DNA from: PS1 clade bacterium
GTDB lineage: Bacteria > Pseudomonadota > Alphaproteobacteria > RS24
Assembly (NCBI GenBank): GCA_003331985.1
Contig: QOQK01000003.1
Location: 808 to 64,807 of the forward strand
Direction: 5' to 3'
DNA length: 64,000 nucleotides
Shown here: positions 35,637 to 46,414 of the stretch, one piece after another
Layout: every line of letters begins with the position of its first letter
Position numbering within the stretch: the stretch's first letter is position 1
Position numbers and translations under genes: made by a program
Notes under the pieces: model-generated
Database searches by the model: none
Seen by the model: the letters and a program-made list of their open reading frames with translations, nothing else
What the model was told of the DNA's origin: nothing

Positions 35637-38423
35637 TTATCCGTAAGCATTAAATGATTGAGACAAACCTTGACTAGTCATATGAATAAGGCGGTGGCAA
35701 TCTGTCAATATTTTTACAATTTCCCTAGAACTATCTGATGAGTTTTTGACATCGGTTTCCTCACGTGCTGGATAAATTGAGTTTAAAGTTGCAATAACAT
35801 GCGACAAATCAAAATTACAAATGCGCTCCATGATTTCAGCCCGTGTCGCACCTGGAGGGGCGTTAATCGGCAATGATGCGCAGACAAGTTGAGTATGCAT
35901 CAAAACAGCCAGCCTTATACCGTGAAATAAAATCTGGTTCTGGGTAGCGTGATTGGCTTGAGGTGATAAATTGACGCTTATGTCACTTTCGCTGGTCTCC
36001 ATTATGCCGGACAACAAATCCCCGTCGGCACGTAGGCGATACAATAATTGCCTTAATCTTGGATTAGCGTTGCGTTGATAAAGCTGATGTGCAACATGCC
36101 TATATTGCCATCGGGTGGGTTTTTTACCCTGAGCAATGGCGCGTGAAATCCAAAAATTAGGATCCTGAAAATCACCATATGCGGCAAGCACCTGCAATTG
36201 CGTGTTCTGCCAACTCCCCAGAACCATATCCATGATGGTTCGTCCGCGGGGCGCGTTGCGGAAAATCATATTAAAGCGGTTGGGGTCAATACGACCTGCG
36301 CGGCCAATGCCAAAAATCACATTGGTCGGTATTGCCAATTGCTGTAAAATCGCATTATGCGGAATGGCACGAATTCGCCTTGGGGTGAAAGTTGATTGCG
36401 CCAGTGGCCCGCTGGCTTGACGAATTTCAGGTCGTGACCCTGACGGGATAAGAAAGTTACGGGCAAAGCCCGACAAAACATAACGGTAATCATCATCATG
36501 ATAGAGGCTGTCCTGCTGGTTAATTACCTCATTGTAAAAATCCCAAACAAAATCGGCGTCATTATAAAACTCATCCTGCGTCGCCGTGTCAGTTGGCTTA
36601 AAACGTGCGCAGAGTAATTGCATTAAAGAGGCTTCACCCAGAAGGTCGTCCCCGAACCACAAAAATCCGTCTCCGCCCTGAAAGCTGAATTCATGGGTCA
36701 GTGCGATTTTATGACTGCGGAAACGTTCAAACACCCACGGGCTCATAATATAATCCATACGCTGAGTGAGTGTGCCGGGGTGACTACCGCGTCCATTGGA
36801 CTCCCCATGCGTATTAAATATGAGTGCGCGCATATCTGTCAGCCCGCTTTCGGCAATGGCGGTGGCGAGATGGGATTGCAGACGTTCGACCGCCAGCACG
36901 GCAGCAATTTGCCCCATAAAACGCCCGGCATCTGAAAACCCTGTTTGCACGGCAATGACTCCACGTTTTTTCACATGGTTGCGATAGGCGGGTTGCTCCA
37001 GCATTTGTTCAACCACGCGCCCACCATTCCGAAGAGCATGTGGCGTTTCAAAAAGTGGTGAAATATCGAGTTGGTCTTCAACACCATAATATCGCGCCAA
37101 CGCCAAAGCGCTCAGGACAATGCTTGCCTGATCGCATTCGGCAATCAGGAAACGTATAGGCATATCGCGGTCAATGGATTTAAGAATTTGTGCGGCGAGG
37201 AGCAGCTGGCGATTAACCGTGCTGTCTTGAGCATCCAGCATGGCGAAATCTGATTTAACTGGCTTCACCTTATCGGTAAATTTACTGACACGCCGTAAAA
37301 AGGTGCGAGAGTTAAGGCGGTCATCACCGGTAATAGGCACATGTGCCCCAATGGCGGTTAATACCTGTTGTGCGTTCACACGCAGATGCAACCGAGCCGT
37401 ACCCATACCACAGCGTCTCATATGCGCGCGCAAAACCAAACAAGCTTGCTTTATTTTGCGATTTTGTGTCTGACGGATGGCGGCATTGAGATAAGCCAGC
37501 CCCGGCTCAATATCTATCCATCGATCAGCATGCGGGGCGGTGAGTAATTTTGCGGCTGCTGCAAGATTATCAGGATCACTTAAATCTTGAGCAAAAGCAT
37601 TCTGTTCGTCGCGGGCAATCTCTACTGCTTTGCCAGCCGCGACGATAAAATCGACCAACCCTTTTGGGGGGCTTGTTGTATCTTTGGTTATCGCTTTCGC
37701 CATGTCACAATAATCTTGAAGCTTGGCGGCTTTCTCACCGAGTTTAAGGCGAATGGTGTCGCTCCATTGTATATCGCGACGTCCGTCCAGGTCATATCCA
37801 ACCCAACTTGCAACAGTGACCAGTTGCGGTGTGAGCCGCGTCCATTGTTTGGGAAAACTTTTTGAGGCCTGTGCAAGTATCATCTCATTGGCGATATCGA
37901 CAACTTTGTGCATGGTCTTTATGCACTTTTGCGCTTCAGCATGCTCATCGCTGAGGCTTGGCGGTTCATGGCGAATGATTGCATCAGCAGATAGTTTCTT
38001 GCGCGATGGTTTTCCGGTTGCCGCACCAAGCACATGACCGCGCATATCATCGGTCATAGCAAAGGTTGGATGGGCTGTAGCTACCAGACCAACAGCGTCA
38101 CTTTCTACCCATTTGCGGAAATTTGTGAAACCGGATTTAGCTTTTTCCGCCAGTATTTTTTTGAACTGCCGCCGCCAAGTGTCAATGTCATCCAACCCAG
38201 CGCGCCGAGCCAATCGTGTGCCTCGTTCGCGGGCGGCAGATTTACATAAATCGGCTAATATGCCTTCAAGATGCGGGAGCGACATGTCCCCCGCAGCCAA
38301 CTCGTCAGACAATCGATAGGCAAGTAATTTCGCGGCATTTGCATGCGGGTCATGTTCACGCATAGGCCAATACTGCATAAGCTGCTTACGTAATGAAGCA
38401 GCATTATTGAGAGGCAAGCTCAT
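35637..38423 (-). CDS. ppc: Phosphoenolpyruvate carboxylase (divergent alphaproteobacterial type)
   Basis: TAHPT, SWVGYDLDGR, PLFET, QTGFSDAGR, GRG loop and RAIPHN; 928 aa. Confidence 0.85.
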   Translation of the reverse strand: MSLPLNNAASLRKQLMQYWPMREHDPHANAAKLLAYRLSDELAAGDMSLPHLEGILADLCKSAARERGTRLARRAGLDDIDTWRRQFKKILAEKAKSGFTNFRKWVESDAVGLVATAHPTFAMTDDMRGHVLGAATGKPSRKKLSADAIIRHEPPSLSDEHAEAQKCIKTMHKVVDIANEMILAQASKSFPKQWTRLTPQLVTVASWVGYDLDGRRDIQWSDTIRLKLGEKAAKLQDYCDMAKAITKDTTSPPKGLVDFIVAAGKAVEIARDEQNAFAQDLSDPDNLAAAAKLLTAPHADRWIDIEPGLAYLNAAIRQTQNRKIKQACLVLRAHMRRCGMGTARLHLRVNAQQVLTAIGAHVPITGDDRLNSRTFLRRVSKFTDKVKPVKSDFAMLDAQDSTVNRQLLLAAQILKSIDRDMPIRFLIAECDQASIVLSALALARYYGVEDQLDISPLFETPHALRNGGRVVEQMLEQPAYRNHVKKRGVIAVQTGFSDAGRFMGQIAAVLAVERLQSHLATAIAESGLTDMRALIFNTHGESNGRGSHPGTLTQRMDYIMSPWVFERFRSHKIALTHEFSFQGGDGFLWFGDDLLGEASLMQLLCARFKPTDTATQDEFYNDADFVWDFYNEVINQQDSLYHDDDYRYVLSGFARNFLIPSGSRPEIRQASGPLAQSTFTPRRIRAIPHNAILQQLAIPTNVIFGIGRAGRIDPNRFNMIFRNAPRGRTIMDMVLGSWQNTQLQVLAAYGDFQDPNFWISRAIAQGKKPTRWQYRHVAHQLYQRNANPRLRQLLYRLRADGDLLSGIMETSESDISVNLSPQANHATQNQILFHGIRLAVLMHTQLVCASLPINAPPGATRAEIMERICNFDLSHVIATLNSIYPAREETDVKNSSDSSREIVKILTDCHRLIHMTSQGLSQSFNAYG

Positions 38424-38616
38424 ATCATTTCCTTAAAATCGACTTCGTTTTTCGGCATATCGCTAAGACCATATCGCCCGTCATATAACTCATTATTATT
38501 TTTTAGAGACAGGGTTTGTGTTCAGGATTAACCGAAGGGGGCTATAAGTTAATTAACCCCAAGATAGGTAGGAAGTCAAAGGGCCGCGCTATAAATATGC
38601 TAAAAAACTTTAATTT

Positions 38617-40248
38617 TTAGCGTCTATTTTGCAAAATAATATCCGAAGCCTTTTCGGCAATCATCATAGTCGGAGAATTTGTATTACCTGAGGTAATTTT
38701 TGGCATGATGGAAGCATCCACGACGCGGAGATTTTGCACGCCATAAACATTTAATTCGTTGTCGACAACAGCGTCTTTTCCCGTCCCCATTTTTGCAGTC
38801 CCAACAGGATGGAAAATACTGGTGCTGATGTTACCGGCTTGTTCAGCAAGAGCCTGAGGTGATTGATATTGAGCGCCAGGTAAAAATTCCGATGGTTCAT
38901 ATTTTCGCATGGCTTCGGTTGCAAAAATATTTCGTGTTAGGGTGATTGATTTTGCGGCAATGTCTTTGTCGGTCTGGCTTGATAAATAATTTGGTTTAAT
39001 AATTGGGTTATCATCTGCATTGGGTGATCGGATGGTTACCTCGCCGCAGCTATCGGGTTGCAAATTACAAACTGAAGCCGTAATGGCACTAAATCTGTGA
39101 AGCGGTTCTCCGAAAGCATCAAGTGATAATGGCTGAATGTGATATTGCAAATTTGGATAGTCCAGACTTGGGTCTGATTTAGCAAACACACCAAGTTGGC
39201 TAGGTGCCATGGAAATCGGCCCGGAGCGATTGAATAGATATTCCAGCCCCATACCGATTTTACCGAAAAGACTTTTATAAGTGTCGTTCAGTGTCTTGGC
39301 ATTTTTGAGTTTAAATACTGTACGAATTTGCAAATGATCTTGAAGATTCTGTCCGACGCCCTCAAGGGAATGAATAACATCTATTCCGAAACCCTTGAGG
39401 AGATTTGGAGAGCCGATACCGGAGAGCTGGAGAATTTTTGGTGTATTGATAGATCCCGCCGATAAAATTACTTCACATCGCGCCTTTACATAAAAGGGCA
39501 CAGAGGTGGATTTTTTGTCTTTTTGAAAAATCACCCCTGTCGCTTTTTTACTTTCAAAAGTGATTTTCTCCACACTGGCATTGGTGATGATGGTTAGGTT
39601 TTTACGATGCCTTATGGGTTTTAAAAATGCCGAGTCGGCACTAACGCGCACGCCTTTACGTTGGTTCACCTCGAAATATCCTACACCAAAATTTGTGCCG
39701 CGATTAAAATCCTCGTTTGGTGGAATACCTGATTGCGTGCAAGCCTCGGCAAATGTGTCCAGCACTTCCCAAGAGAGTCTTTGCTGCTCTACACGCCACG
39801 CGCCGCCCACTCCATGAAAGTCATCAGTCCCCTTAAAGTGGTCTTCAGATTTTTTAAAGTAAGGCAGGACATCATCCCAACCCCAGCCGGTATTGCCTTC
39901 GCTTTTCCAATGGTCGTAATTTTTCGCCTGACCACGCATATAAATCATGCCGTTAATTGCGGAACTGCCCCCAAGAACGCGACCACGCGGGTAATTTAGA
40001 CTTCGGCCATTCAGACCGATTTCTTTTTCGGTAGTGTAGCACCAATCAGTTTTAGGGCTGCCCATTGAGAACAGATATCCGACAGGGATTTTTGTGCGAA
40101 GATATTTATCTTTACTGCCCGCTTCAAGTATCAAAACCTTATTGTCGGGGTTTTGTGACAGGCGATTAGCCAACAGACAACCTGCTGTCCCGGCGCCGAT
40201 AATGACGTAATCGAAATCTCCAAAAGACTCCACGTTTTTAAGCCCCAT
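38617..40248 (-). CDS. GMC-family flavoprotein oxidoreductase (choline dehydrogenase-like)
   Basis: GAGTAG, RGRVLGGSSAINGMIYMRG, NLQDH, HPVGTAKMG and GNTNSP. Confidence 0.93.
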   Translation of the reverse strand: MGLKNVESFGDFDYVIIGAGTAGCLLANRLSQNPDNKVLILEAGSKDKYLRTKIPVGYLFSMGSPKTDWCYTTEKEIGLNGRSLNYPRGRVLGGSSAINGMIYMRGQAKNYDHWKSEGNTGWGWDDVLPYFKKSEDHFKGTDDFHGVGGAWRVEQQRLSWEVLDTFAEACTQSGIPPNEDFNRGTNFGVGYFEVNQRKGVRVSADSAFLKPIRHRKNLTIITNASVEKITFESKKATGVIFQKDKKSTSVPFYVKARCEVILSAGSINTPKILQLSGIGSPNLLKGFGIDVIHSLEGVGQNLQDHLQIRTVFKLKNAKTLNDTYKSLFGKIGMGLEYLFNRSGPISMAPSQLGVFAKSDPSLDYPNLQYHIQPLSLDAFGEPLHRFSAITASVCNLQPDSCGEVTIRSPNADDNPIIKPNYLSSQTDKDIAAKSITLTRNIFATEAMRKYEPSEFLPGAQYQSPQALAEQAGNISTSIFHPVGTAKMGTGKDAVVDNELNVYGVQNLRVVDASIMPKITSGNTNSPTMMIAEKASDIILQNRR

Positions 40249-41572
40249 CCCAGCTTTCGGCATTCTTCATGGAAAGGGCGTAATGTTTTCGCCCCAAATG
40301 CAAAAATAAAATGCCTATCAACCCAAAGAAACAGGTCATTGTAATCATTGAATAACGAACCCCGTCTGCACCGGGAAAAATAAACTCATTAAACGCACCG
40401 GCAAGCGGAGGGCCAAACATCATCCCGATAGCGCCGGTGAGCATATATACCGCCGCTACCCGTGCCCTGAGATGTGGTGGGGTAATTACAGGCAAAGCGC
40501 CCGCAGCAATGCCAAAGGGAGAGTTCACAGCGGCTAGAGCCGGGGCATAAAATATAAATGCCCAAAGTGGTGATGGCGCCATTTGAATAAGCAGAATGGT
40601 TGGGATGGTCACAATGCCTCCCAGCATACCTGCTGTCATATTTGCATCATAATGACCCTTTTGGCTTAGGTGTTTTGCAAGATAAGCAATGAGTAAAGGG
40701 CCAAGCGGTCCGAAAAAAATATAAATCCAACCAAAGGTTTGTGAGGCTTGGGCGGCGTCAACATCATGCACACGAACAAAAAAAGTAATGCTCCAAAATA
40801 CAAAGGCGAAGCCCGTCATCAGGAGAGATAGATTGCCGATATGATGAAAAAGAATGGTTTTTGAATTGGCTTTATAAAACGCAATCAGTTCCTCGGTATT
40901 TGTTGCCCCTTCTATTTTACTTTCAGAAGGGCGGCGTACAGGCTCGCGAATAAGCAGCATGACAAAAGCCAGCAGAATACCCGGCACACCTAGATAGATG
41001 AATGTCTGTTGCCAAGGTACGAGTTCGCCAACAATTGGGAGGACAAGTGGAGAGGCTCCTTCAACTAATTGAAGAACAAAGCCGCCAATAATGAAAGCGA
41101 TGCCCGTGCCTATGATAGGACCTGCTTGAAAGATACTCATTGCAAGGGGTACATCTTCACGAGGGAAATAATCGCCAATAAGTGATGTAGTCGATGGCGT
41201 CAGGGTTGCCTCACCAACACCAACTCCAATGCGGGCAAGAAATATCTGCGAATAGTTTTTGGTCAATCCGCAGATGACCGTCATTAACGACCAGAAAAAT
41301 ATTCCAACCGCGATGATGTGCTTTCGACTTCTGGTATCTGCGAGACCGGCAATTGGGATAGCGGCAAAGGCATAAAACAGAGCATGGATGCCATACAGCC
41401 AACCAATTTGTGTATCACCCACACCAAGGTCTTGTTGCATGGGACCAACGACGATAGCGACAATCTGGCGATCCATAAAAGCAACCAGAGAGGCGATAAT
41501 AAGAATAAAAACGACAAACCAAGCATATCGTCTTGATGGATAGGGCGGATTGTGAGGGTTGGGGCTGTTCAT
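40238..41572 (-). CDS. MFS transporter (spinster-like)
   Basis: About 12 TM segments; FMDRQI and ARIGVGVGEA. Confidence 0.9.
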   Translation of the reverse strand: MNSPNPHNPPYPSRRYAWFVVFILIIASLVAFMDRQIVAIVVGPMQQDLGVGDTQIGWLYGIHALFYAFAAIPIAGLADTRSRKHIIAVGIFFWSLMTVICGLTKNYSQIFLARIGVGVGEATLTPSTTSLIGDYFPREDVPLAMSIFQAGPIIGTGIAFIIGGFVLQLVEGASPLVLPIVGELVPWQQTFIYLGVPGILLAFVMLLIREPVRRPSESKIEGATNTEELIAFYKANSKTILFHHIGNLSLLMTGFAFVFWSITFFVRVHDVDAAQASQTFGWIYIFFGPLGPLLIAYLAKHLSQKGHYDANMTAGMLGGIVTIPTILLIQMAPSPLWAFIFYAPALAAVNSPFGIAAGALPVITPPHLRARVAAVYMLTGAIGMMFGPPLAGAFNEFIFPGADGVRYSMITMTCFFGLIGILFLHLGRKHYALSMKNAESWDGA

Positions 41573-41576
41573 ATAT

Positions 41577-42635
41577 CTAAAATCGTTTTTGATTGATCAT
41601 TTGCTGGAACATTTCTTCCATGGAGGATTTGAGCGAGGTGTAGCTTAGACCAAGTGCGCTGACGGATTTTGAATTATCGGCACGCCATGGGTGTCCAAAA
41701 TTTCTGGAAATCATTTTACGTGAGAATGTTTTATCCACCAATGGCCCGATGAGCCATACAAGCCATTTTGGTAATTCTTTTTTGGGGAGGCTATAACCCG
41801 CGTCAAATTTATCCGACAACATCAAGGCAAGATCGAGAAATGAAACAACGTCTTTGAAAACTATGTGCCTGCCGCTTGCTTCGTCCAGGAATGCGCCACG
41901 AATATGCGCATCTGCAACGTCACGAACATCAACCGTGCCGATTTGAATGGCCGGCACACCGGATTTCATTCGCCCGTCTCCCATGCCGCCAATAAGATCA
42001 TGGGTCGCCGAAGTTGATTGGCCTGAAAGTGTTGGTCCGATAATGAAGCCCGGATTTATGACAACCAAGCGCCATTTATCTTGCGCGTCAGCAATGTCCC
42101 ATGCCGCTTTTTCTGCGCTAACCTTGGAAAAAGAATAGGGTTGATGTGTCTCCGAGGACGTTGTGTTCCAAACATCTTCAGTCAATATGCCGTTTGGAGC
42201 ATCCTGACAGTCAATCGTGTCGCCACATATCGCAGCGCATGAACTTGTCAGCACAACCCTTTCAACACTTGGCGTTGAACAAACTGTGTTGAGAACATTT
42301 TTTGTGCCGCGAACTGCAGGTTCTATCAGATCTTTTCGAGCATCATTATAATTGTTAATAAAGGGTGAGGCAGTATGGATAACGACCCGGCAGCCTTTCA
42401 TGGCTTCTGCATAACTTCCATCTTCCAGCAAATCTGCTTTGAACAAAATTATTTTGCCTTTACCAGTATTCGACAAGGTTTTGAGGTGACCACATTTGGC
42501 GTTATCTTCAGGGCTTCGAACTGTCGCGTGAACGGTTGCCCCTGCATCGACAAGTTGTTTAACCACCCATCCAGCTAAAAACCCTGTTGCCCCCGTCACA
42601 AGCACAGGTGCGCTTGTGTCTATTTCTATACGCAT
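41577..42635 (-). CDS. NAD(P)-dependent epimerase/dehydratase (DFR/aldehyde reductase-like extended SDR)
   Basis: VTGATGFLAG, HTASP, TSSCAA, YSFSK and DVRDVADAH. Confidence 0.9.
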   Translation of the reverse strand: MRIEIDTSAPVLVTGATGFLAGWVVKQLVDAGATVHATVRSPEDNAKCGHLKTLSNTGKGKIILFKADLLEDGSYAEAMKGCRVVIHTASPFINNYNDARKDLIEPAVRGTKNVLNTVCSTPSVERVVLTSSCAAICGDTIDCQDAPNGILTEDVWNTTSSETHQPYSFSKVSAEKAAWDIADAQDKWRLVVINPGFIIGPTLSGQSTSATHDLIGGMGDGRMKSGVPAIQIGTVDVRDVADAHIRGAFLDEASGRHIVFKDVVSFLDLALMLSDKFDAGYSLPKKELPKWLVWLIGPLVDKTFSRKMISRNFGHPWRADNSKSVSALGLSYTSLKSSMEEMFQQMINQKRF

Positions 42636-42823
42636 ATTTACCACCCTAACTTACTCACCCTTAAATCCACACATTGTGAAGGGTCTAGGATATCTAGTTA
42701 AACTGAACATGCTCAACTTGTCACGTTGCTATTTTTTTGCGTTCAGGCTTTAATCGTTCCCGTTCGATTAACGGTATTAAATGCCGTTTCGTTTTGGAAA
42801 GATAACGGAGAGGATTCTGACCA

Positions 42824-44515
42824 ATGGCAGAGGGATGGGATAAAGAAGTAGATGTTTTGGTTGTTGGTTCAGGCGCGGGGGGCATGTTGAATGCTCTGGT
42901 TGCTGCAAGCAACCGAAATGATGTTTTAATAATAGAAAAAGCGCCACTCTGGGGCGGTAGCTCCGCAACGTCCGGCGCAGGTATTTGGATTCCGGGCAGT
43001 CACATTGCTAAAGAGGCGGGATTTGATGACAATCTAGACGATGCTTATAAATACATACGTGCCTTGTCTGCGGATAATGTTCCAGATGAAAACATCCGTG
43101 CCTATATCGATCAGGCCGCGCCCATGTTGAAATGGCTCGTCGACAATACACCAGTAGATTATCTTGCCTTTCCTTATCCGGATTATCATGCTGAAAATCC
43201 CGGCGGGTCGCCTGAAGGCTTCCGGACTCATATGCCCTTACCTTTGCACGGGCGTGATTTAGGCAAAGATGTGCGTACGCTTCGCTTTGCCAATCCTGCG
43301 GCAAGTCTGTTTGGTTATCTTAACTGGCACTTTGATGAGACCCACGCCATTCTCTATCGTCAACCAGGCTGGTTTACCGGCTTGGTCAAAAGCCTTGCAC
43401 GTTACTGGCTGGATTTACCTTTCCGTTTCACATCACGAAAAGACCGCCGACTTACATTGGGTAATTCTCTGGCAGGCGGTTTGCGGATGGCACTGAATGA
43501 AAAAAATGTCCCGCTTTGGCTCGAGTCGCCATTGGTGGAACTTATTGAGGCCGGTGGCAAGGTCGAAGGTGCCGTTGTTAATCACAAAGGTCAGGATATA
43601 CGGGTTAAAGCGCGAAAAGGTGTCGTTTTGGCTGCCGGTGGTTTTGAGAAAAACGCCCAAATGCGTGAAGAAAACCTCCCGCTTTATCCAAATGCTCCGT
43701 ATTCTGGTGGTGTTACCTCCAATACGGGAGACAGCATTCGGGCAGGAATGGCGATTGATGCGGATACCATGAATATGCAGTCTACATGGGCTGCACCTGT
43801 ATTTTATATCCCTGGCGAAGACAGAGGCAGATTATCAACCATTGAACGCGCTCTACCGGGCTGTATCATGGTTAACCAAAAGGGTGAACGTTATCTCAAT
43901 GAGGCGGCCTCTTATCACGTCACAGGGCAGGATATGGCACGTCGTCATAAAGAGCATGGCGACAGTTCCCCAAGCTGGATGATTTTTGACAATAAGTATC
44001 GTCAGACATTCCCGATGGGGCCGCTTTATCCGATTGTACCAAACTGGTTGCATAAAAAAGGCATAAGATCGATTTTGAAAAAAGCCGGCACGATTGAGGG
44101 ATTGGCTCAAAAAATTGATGTTGATCCGTCCGCTCTGGCCGCCACGTTAGTGCGCTTTAACGAAAATGCCGATAAAGGTGTCGATCCTGATTTTCATCGA
44201 GGCGAGGCCGCCTATGACCGCATGTATGGTGACCCACGCCAACAACCTAATCCGAATTTGCGCCCGCTGTCGAAAGGACCCTATTACGCCATGCCTATCT
44301 ATCCTGGAGATATTGGGACAAATGGCGGTCTTTTGACCAATGACAAAGCACAAGTCATTAAGAAGAATGGAGAGCCAATCGATGGGCTTTATGCGATTGG
44401 GAACAATGCAGCATCTTCTATGGGTGAAAGCTATCCCGGCGCAGGGGTAACGATTGGTCCGGCTTTGACATTCGGGTATATAGCTGCTCGGCATATGTCA
44501 GGTTCAAATGACTAA
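42824..44515 (+). CDS. 3-ketosteroid-delta1-dehydrogenase-like FAD protein
   Basis: GSGAGG, GGSSATSGAGIWIP, YPDYHAE, GDIGTNGG and YPGAGVTIGPA. Confidence 0.8.
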   Translation: MAEGWDKEVDVLVVGSGAGGMLNALVAASNRNDVLIIEKAPLWGGSSATSGAGIWIPGSHIAKEAGFDDNLDDAYKYIRALSADNVPDENIRAYIDQAAPMLKWLVDNTPVDYLAFPYPDYHAENPGGSPEGFRTHMPLPLHGRDLGKDVRTLRFANPAASLFGYLNWHFDETHAILYRQPGWFTGLVKSLARYWLDLPFRFTSRKDRRLTLGNSLAGGLRMALNEKNVPLWLESPLVELIEAGGKVEGAVVNHKGQDIRVKARKGVVLAAGGFEKNAQMREENLPLYPNAPYSGGVTSNTGDSIRAGMAIDADTMNMQSTWAAPVFYIPGEDRGRLSTIERALPGCIMVNQKGERYLNEAASYHVTGQDMARRHKEHGDSSPSWMIFDNKYRQTFPMGPLYPIVPNWLHKKGIRSILKKAGTIEGLAQKIDVDPSALAATLVRFNENADKGVDPDFHRGEAAYDRMYGDPRQQPNPNLRPLSKGPYYAMPIYPGDIGTNGGLLTNDKAQVIKKNGEPIDGLYAIGNNAASSMGESYPGAGVTIGPALTFGYIAARHMSGSND

Positions 44516-44552
44516 GTTGAGACGCAAAAAATTATAGCGTGCCTTTATCTCT

Positions 44553-45356
44553 ATGAAACTGGCGCTTGATCATCTCACCATCACCGATACGGCTCCAATA
44601 GATTTGGTTCGGGCGGCAGAGGCGACACATTGTGAAAGCTTTTGCCTATTTATGCAGTCGCTTGATGTATTGCCACGCATGCCTGAGTTTAATCTGATTG
44701 GTAACTCCGCCGAGCAACGTGAACTCAAAGCAGCAATGCAAGCAGCATCTGTCAAACTGGGTGTAGCTTATCCTTTCACACTGGGTGGGCGAACAGACGT
44801 CAAGAATTTCCTGCCCGGGCTAGAATGCGCAGCCTTTTTGGAAGCTGAATTTGTCAACGCCCTGGTTTATGATCGAGATGATGCACGCCGTGAGGATAAT
44901 TTTCTAACATTTGCCGAAATGGCTCAGCAACAAGGATTAAAAGTCGTTGTAGAGTTTTTCCCCGCTTCTCAAATTGTGTCGTTGGATGATGCTTTGGCAC
45001 TAGTGAGCCTAGCGGATAGACCATATGAGGTCGGCGTGAATGTTGATTTACTCCATCTCATGCGCTCAGGGGCGGCGCTGGAGGATTTGAAAGCCGCGCC
45101 GGATGCCTTTATTCTCTTCGCCCAGATTTGCGATGCGCCTCTTGAACCCCATCTGACGAGGGACGAAGAAGCCTCGGCGCAACGATCTCTTGCTGGGGAA
45201 GGTGGTTTTGATATACCCGGATTTATAGCGGCACTGCCGGCTCATTGTCAGATGAGTGTTGAGATACCTCAAGAGGATGCCATTCTGTCGGGTGAGTCCG
45301 TTATAGAGCGTGCGCAAAATGCTGTCAGGAGTGTCCGGCAAATTTGTTATCGCTAG
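44553..45356 (+). CDS. Sugar-phosphate isomerase/epimerase (xylose isomerase-like TIM barrel)
   Basis: VVEF, VDLLHLMRSG, AQICDAP, GEG and SVEIP. Confidence 0.85.
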   Translation: MKLALDHLTITDTAPIDLVRAAEATHCESFCLFMQSLDVLPRMPEFNLIGNSAEQRELKAAMQAASVKLGVAYPFTLGGRTDVKNFLPGLECAAFLEAEFVNALVYDRDDARREDNFLTFAEMAQQQGLKVVVEFFPASQIVSLDDALALVSLADRPYEVGVNVDLLHLMRSGAALEDLKAAPDAFILFAQICDAPLEPHLTRDEEASAQRSLAGEGGFDIPGFIAALPAHCQMSVEIPQEDAILSGESVIERAQNAVRSVRQICYR

Positions 45357-45493
45357 ACGACAGTAAATAAAACGGCAATCTGATTGATTGTAGTGAGAAG
45401 TTTTGTTAACCACTCTAAGTCGAGAATGTCTTTCAGCAGACTTCTTCTTTTTTGGAATGTGACTGTTGAACAAGAAACTAAAAGGAGCATCCG

Positions 45494-46393
45494 GTGAGCA
45501 CAGAACCAAGCGATGATTTCAGTAAAGTAGAAACACCATCCGAGATAATCAGCCGATTGGAAGATGGGATGACAATAGGTATTGGTGGCTGGGCGACACG
45601 CAGGAAACCCATGGCGCTGGTTCGTGAGATCCTTAAATCCGACCTTAAAGATTTGACGCTGGTTTCTTATGGAGGGCCGGATGTCGGGCTCTTATGCGCC
45701 GCAGGTAAAGTTAAAAAGTTGATTTTTGCTTTTGTAAGTCTTGACCAGTATCCGCTTGACCCACATTTTCGAGCTGCTCGTCAATCGGGACAGATTGAAG
45801 TCTGGGAATTGGATGAAGGTATGCTGCATTGGGGCTTACGTGCCGCAGCGATGGATTTGCCGTTTTTGCCGACCCGTATCGGTATCGGTACAGATATTAT
45901 TAATCAACCGGGCTTTAAGCTTATTGATAGCCCTTATGAGGATGGTGAAACATTCGTTGCCATGCCGGCAATTAATCTTGATGCGGCGCTGATACATGCT
46001 CATCGCTCGGACGTTAAGGGGAATATTCTCACCATGTCACCCGACCCATTTTTCGATGAGTTGTTTTCCCGCGCCGCGCCTCATACTTATGCGAGCGTAG
46101 AAAAAATTGTCACGACGCCGGAATTGGATATAGAGACCAATGCCCGTTTTGCTCTTGTTGAACGCGCTAGAATTACGGCTGTTACTGAAACGCCGTTTGG
46201 AGCGCATCCTACAAGTGCTGCGCCGGATTATCATCTGGATTTGAAGCATATCAAAAGCTATGTCGAAAGTGCGGCAACACCCGAAGCTTGGGATGCTTAT
46301 AAAACAGCTTATTTGTCAGGCACTCAGGCGGATTATATCGACGCTGTTGGTGGGGCTGACACAATCGGTGCTATCGCCAAGCCGGTTTATTAG
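45494..46393 (+). CDS. CoA-transferase alpha subunit, IpdA-like
   Basis: GMTIGIGGWATRRKPMALVREI, SYGGPDVG, DEGM and GAHPTS. Confidence 0.85.
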   Translation: MSTEPSDDFSKVETPSEIISRLEDGMTIGIGGWATRRKPMALVREILKSDLKDLTLVSYGGPDVGLLCAAGKVKKLIFAFVSLDQYPLDPHFRAARQSGQIEVWELDEGMLHWGLRAAAMDLPFLPTRIGIGTDIINQPGFKLIDSPYEDGETFVAMPAINLDAALIHAHRSDVKGNILTMSPDPFFDELFSRAAPHTYASVEKIVTTPELDIETNARFALVERARITAVTETPFGAHPTSAAPDYHLDLKHIKSYVESAATPEAWDAYKTAYLSGTQADYIDAVGGADTIGAIAKPVY

Positions 46394-46414
46394 GCCGCTA
46401 TAAAGGAGAACATA

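Noticed and set aside
28130-35700. attL/attR duplication of the tRNA-Met 3' end, prophage or integrative element
   Set aside because: No second copy of CTCCGCTACCA noticed, and no integrase or transposase ORF.
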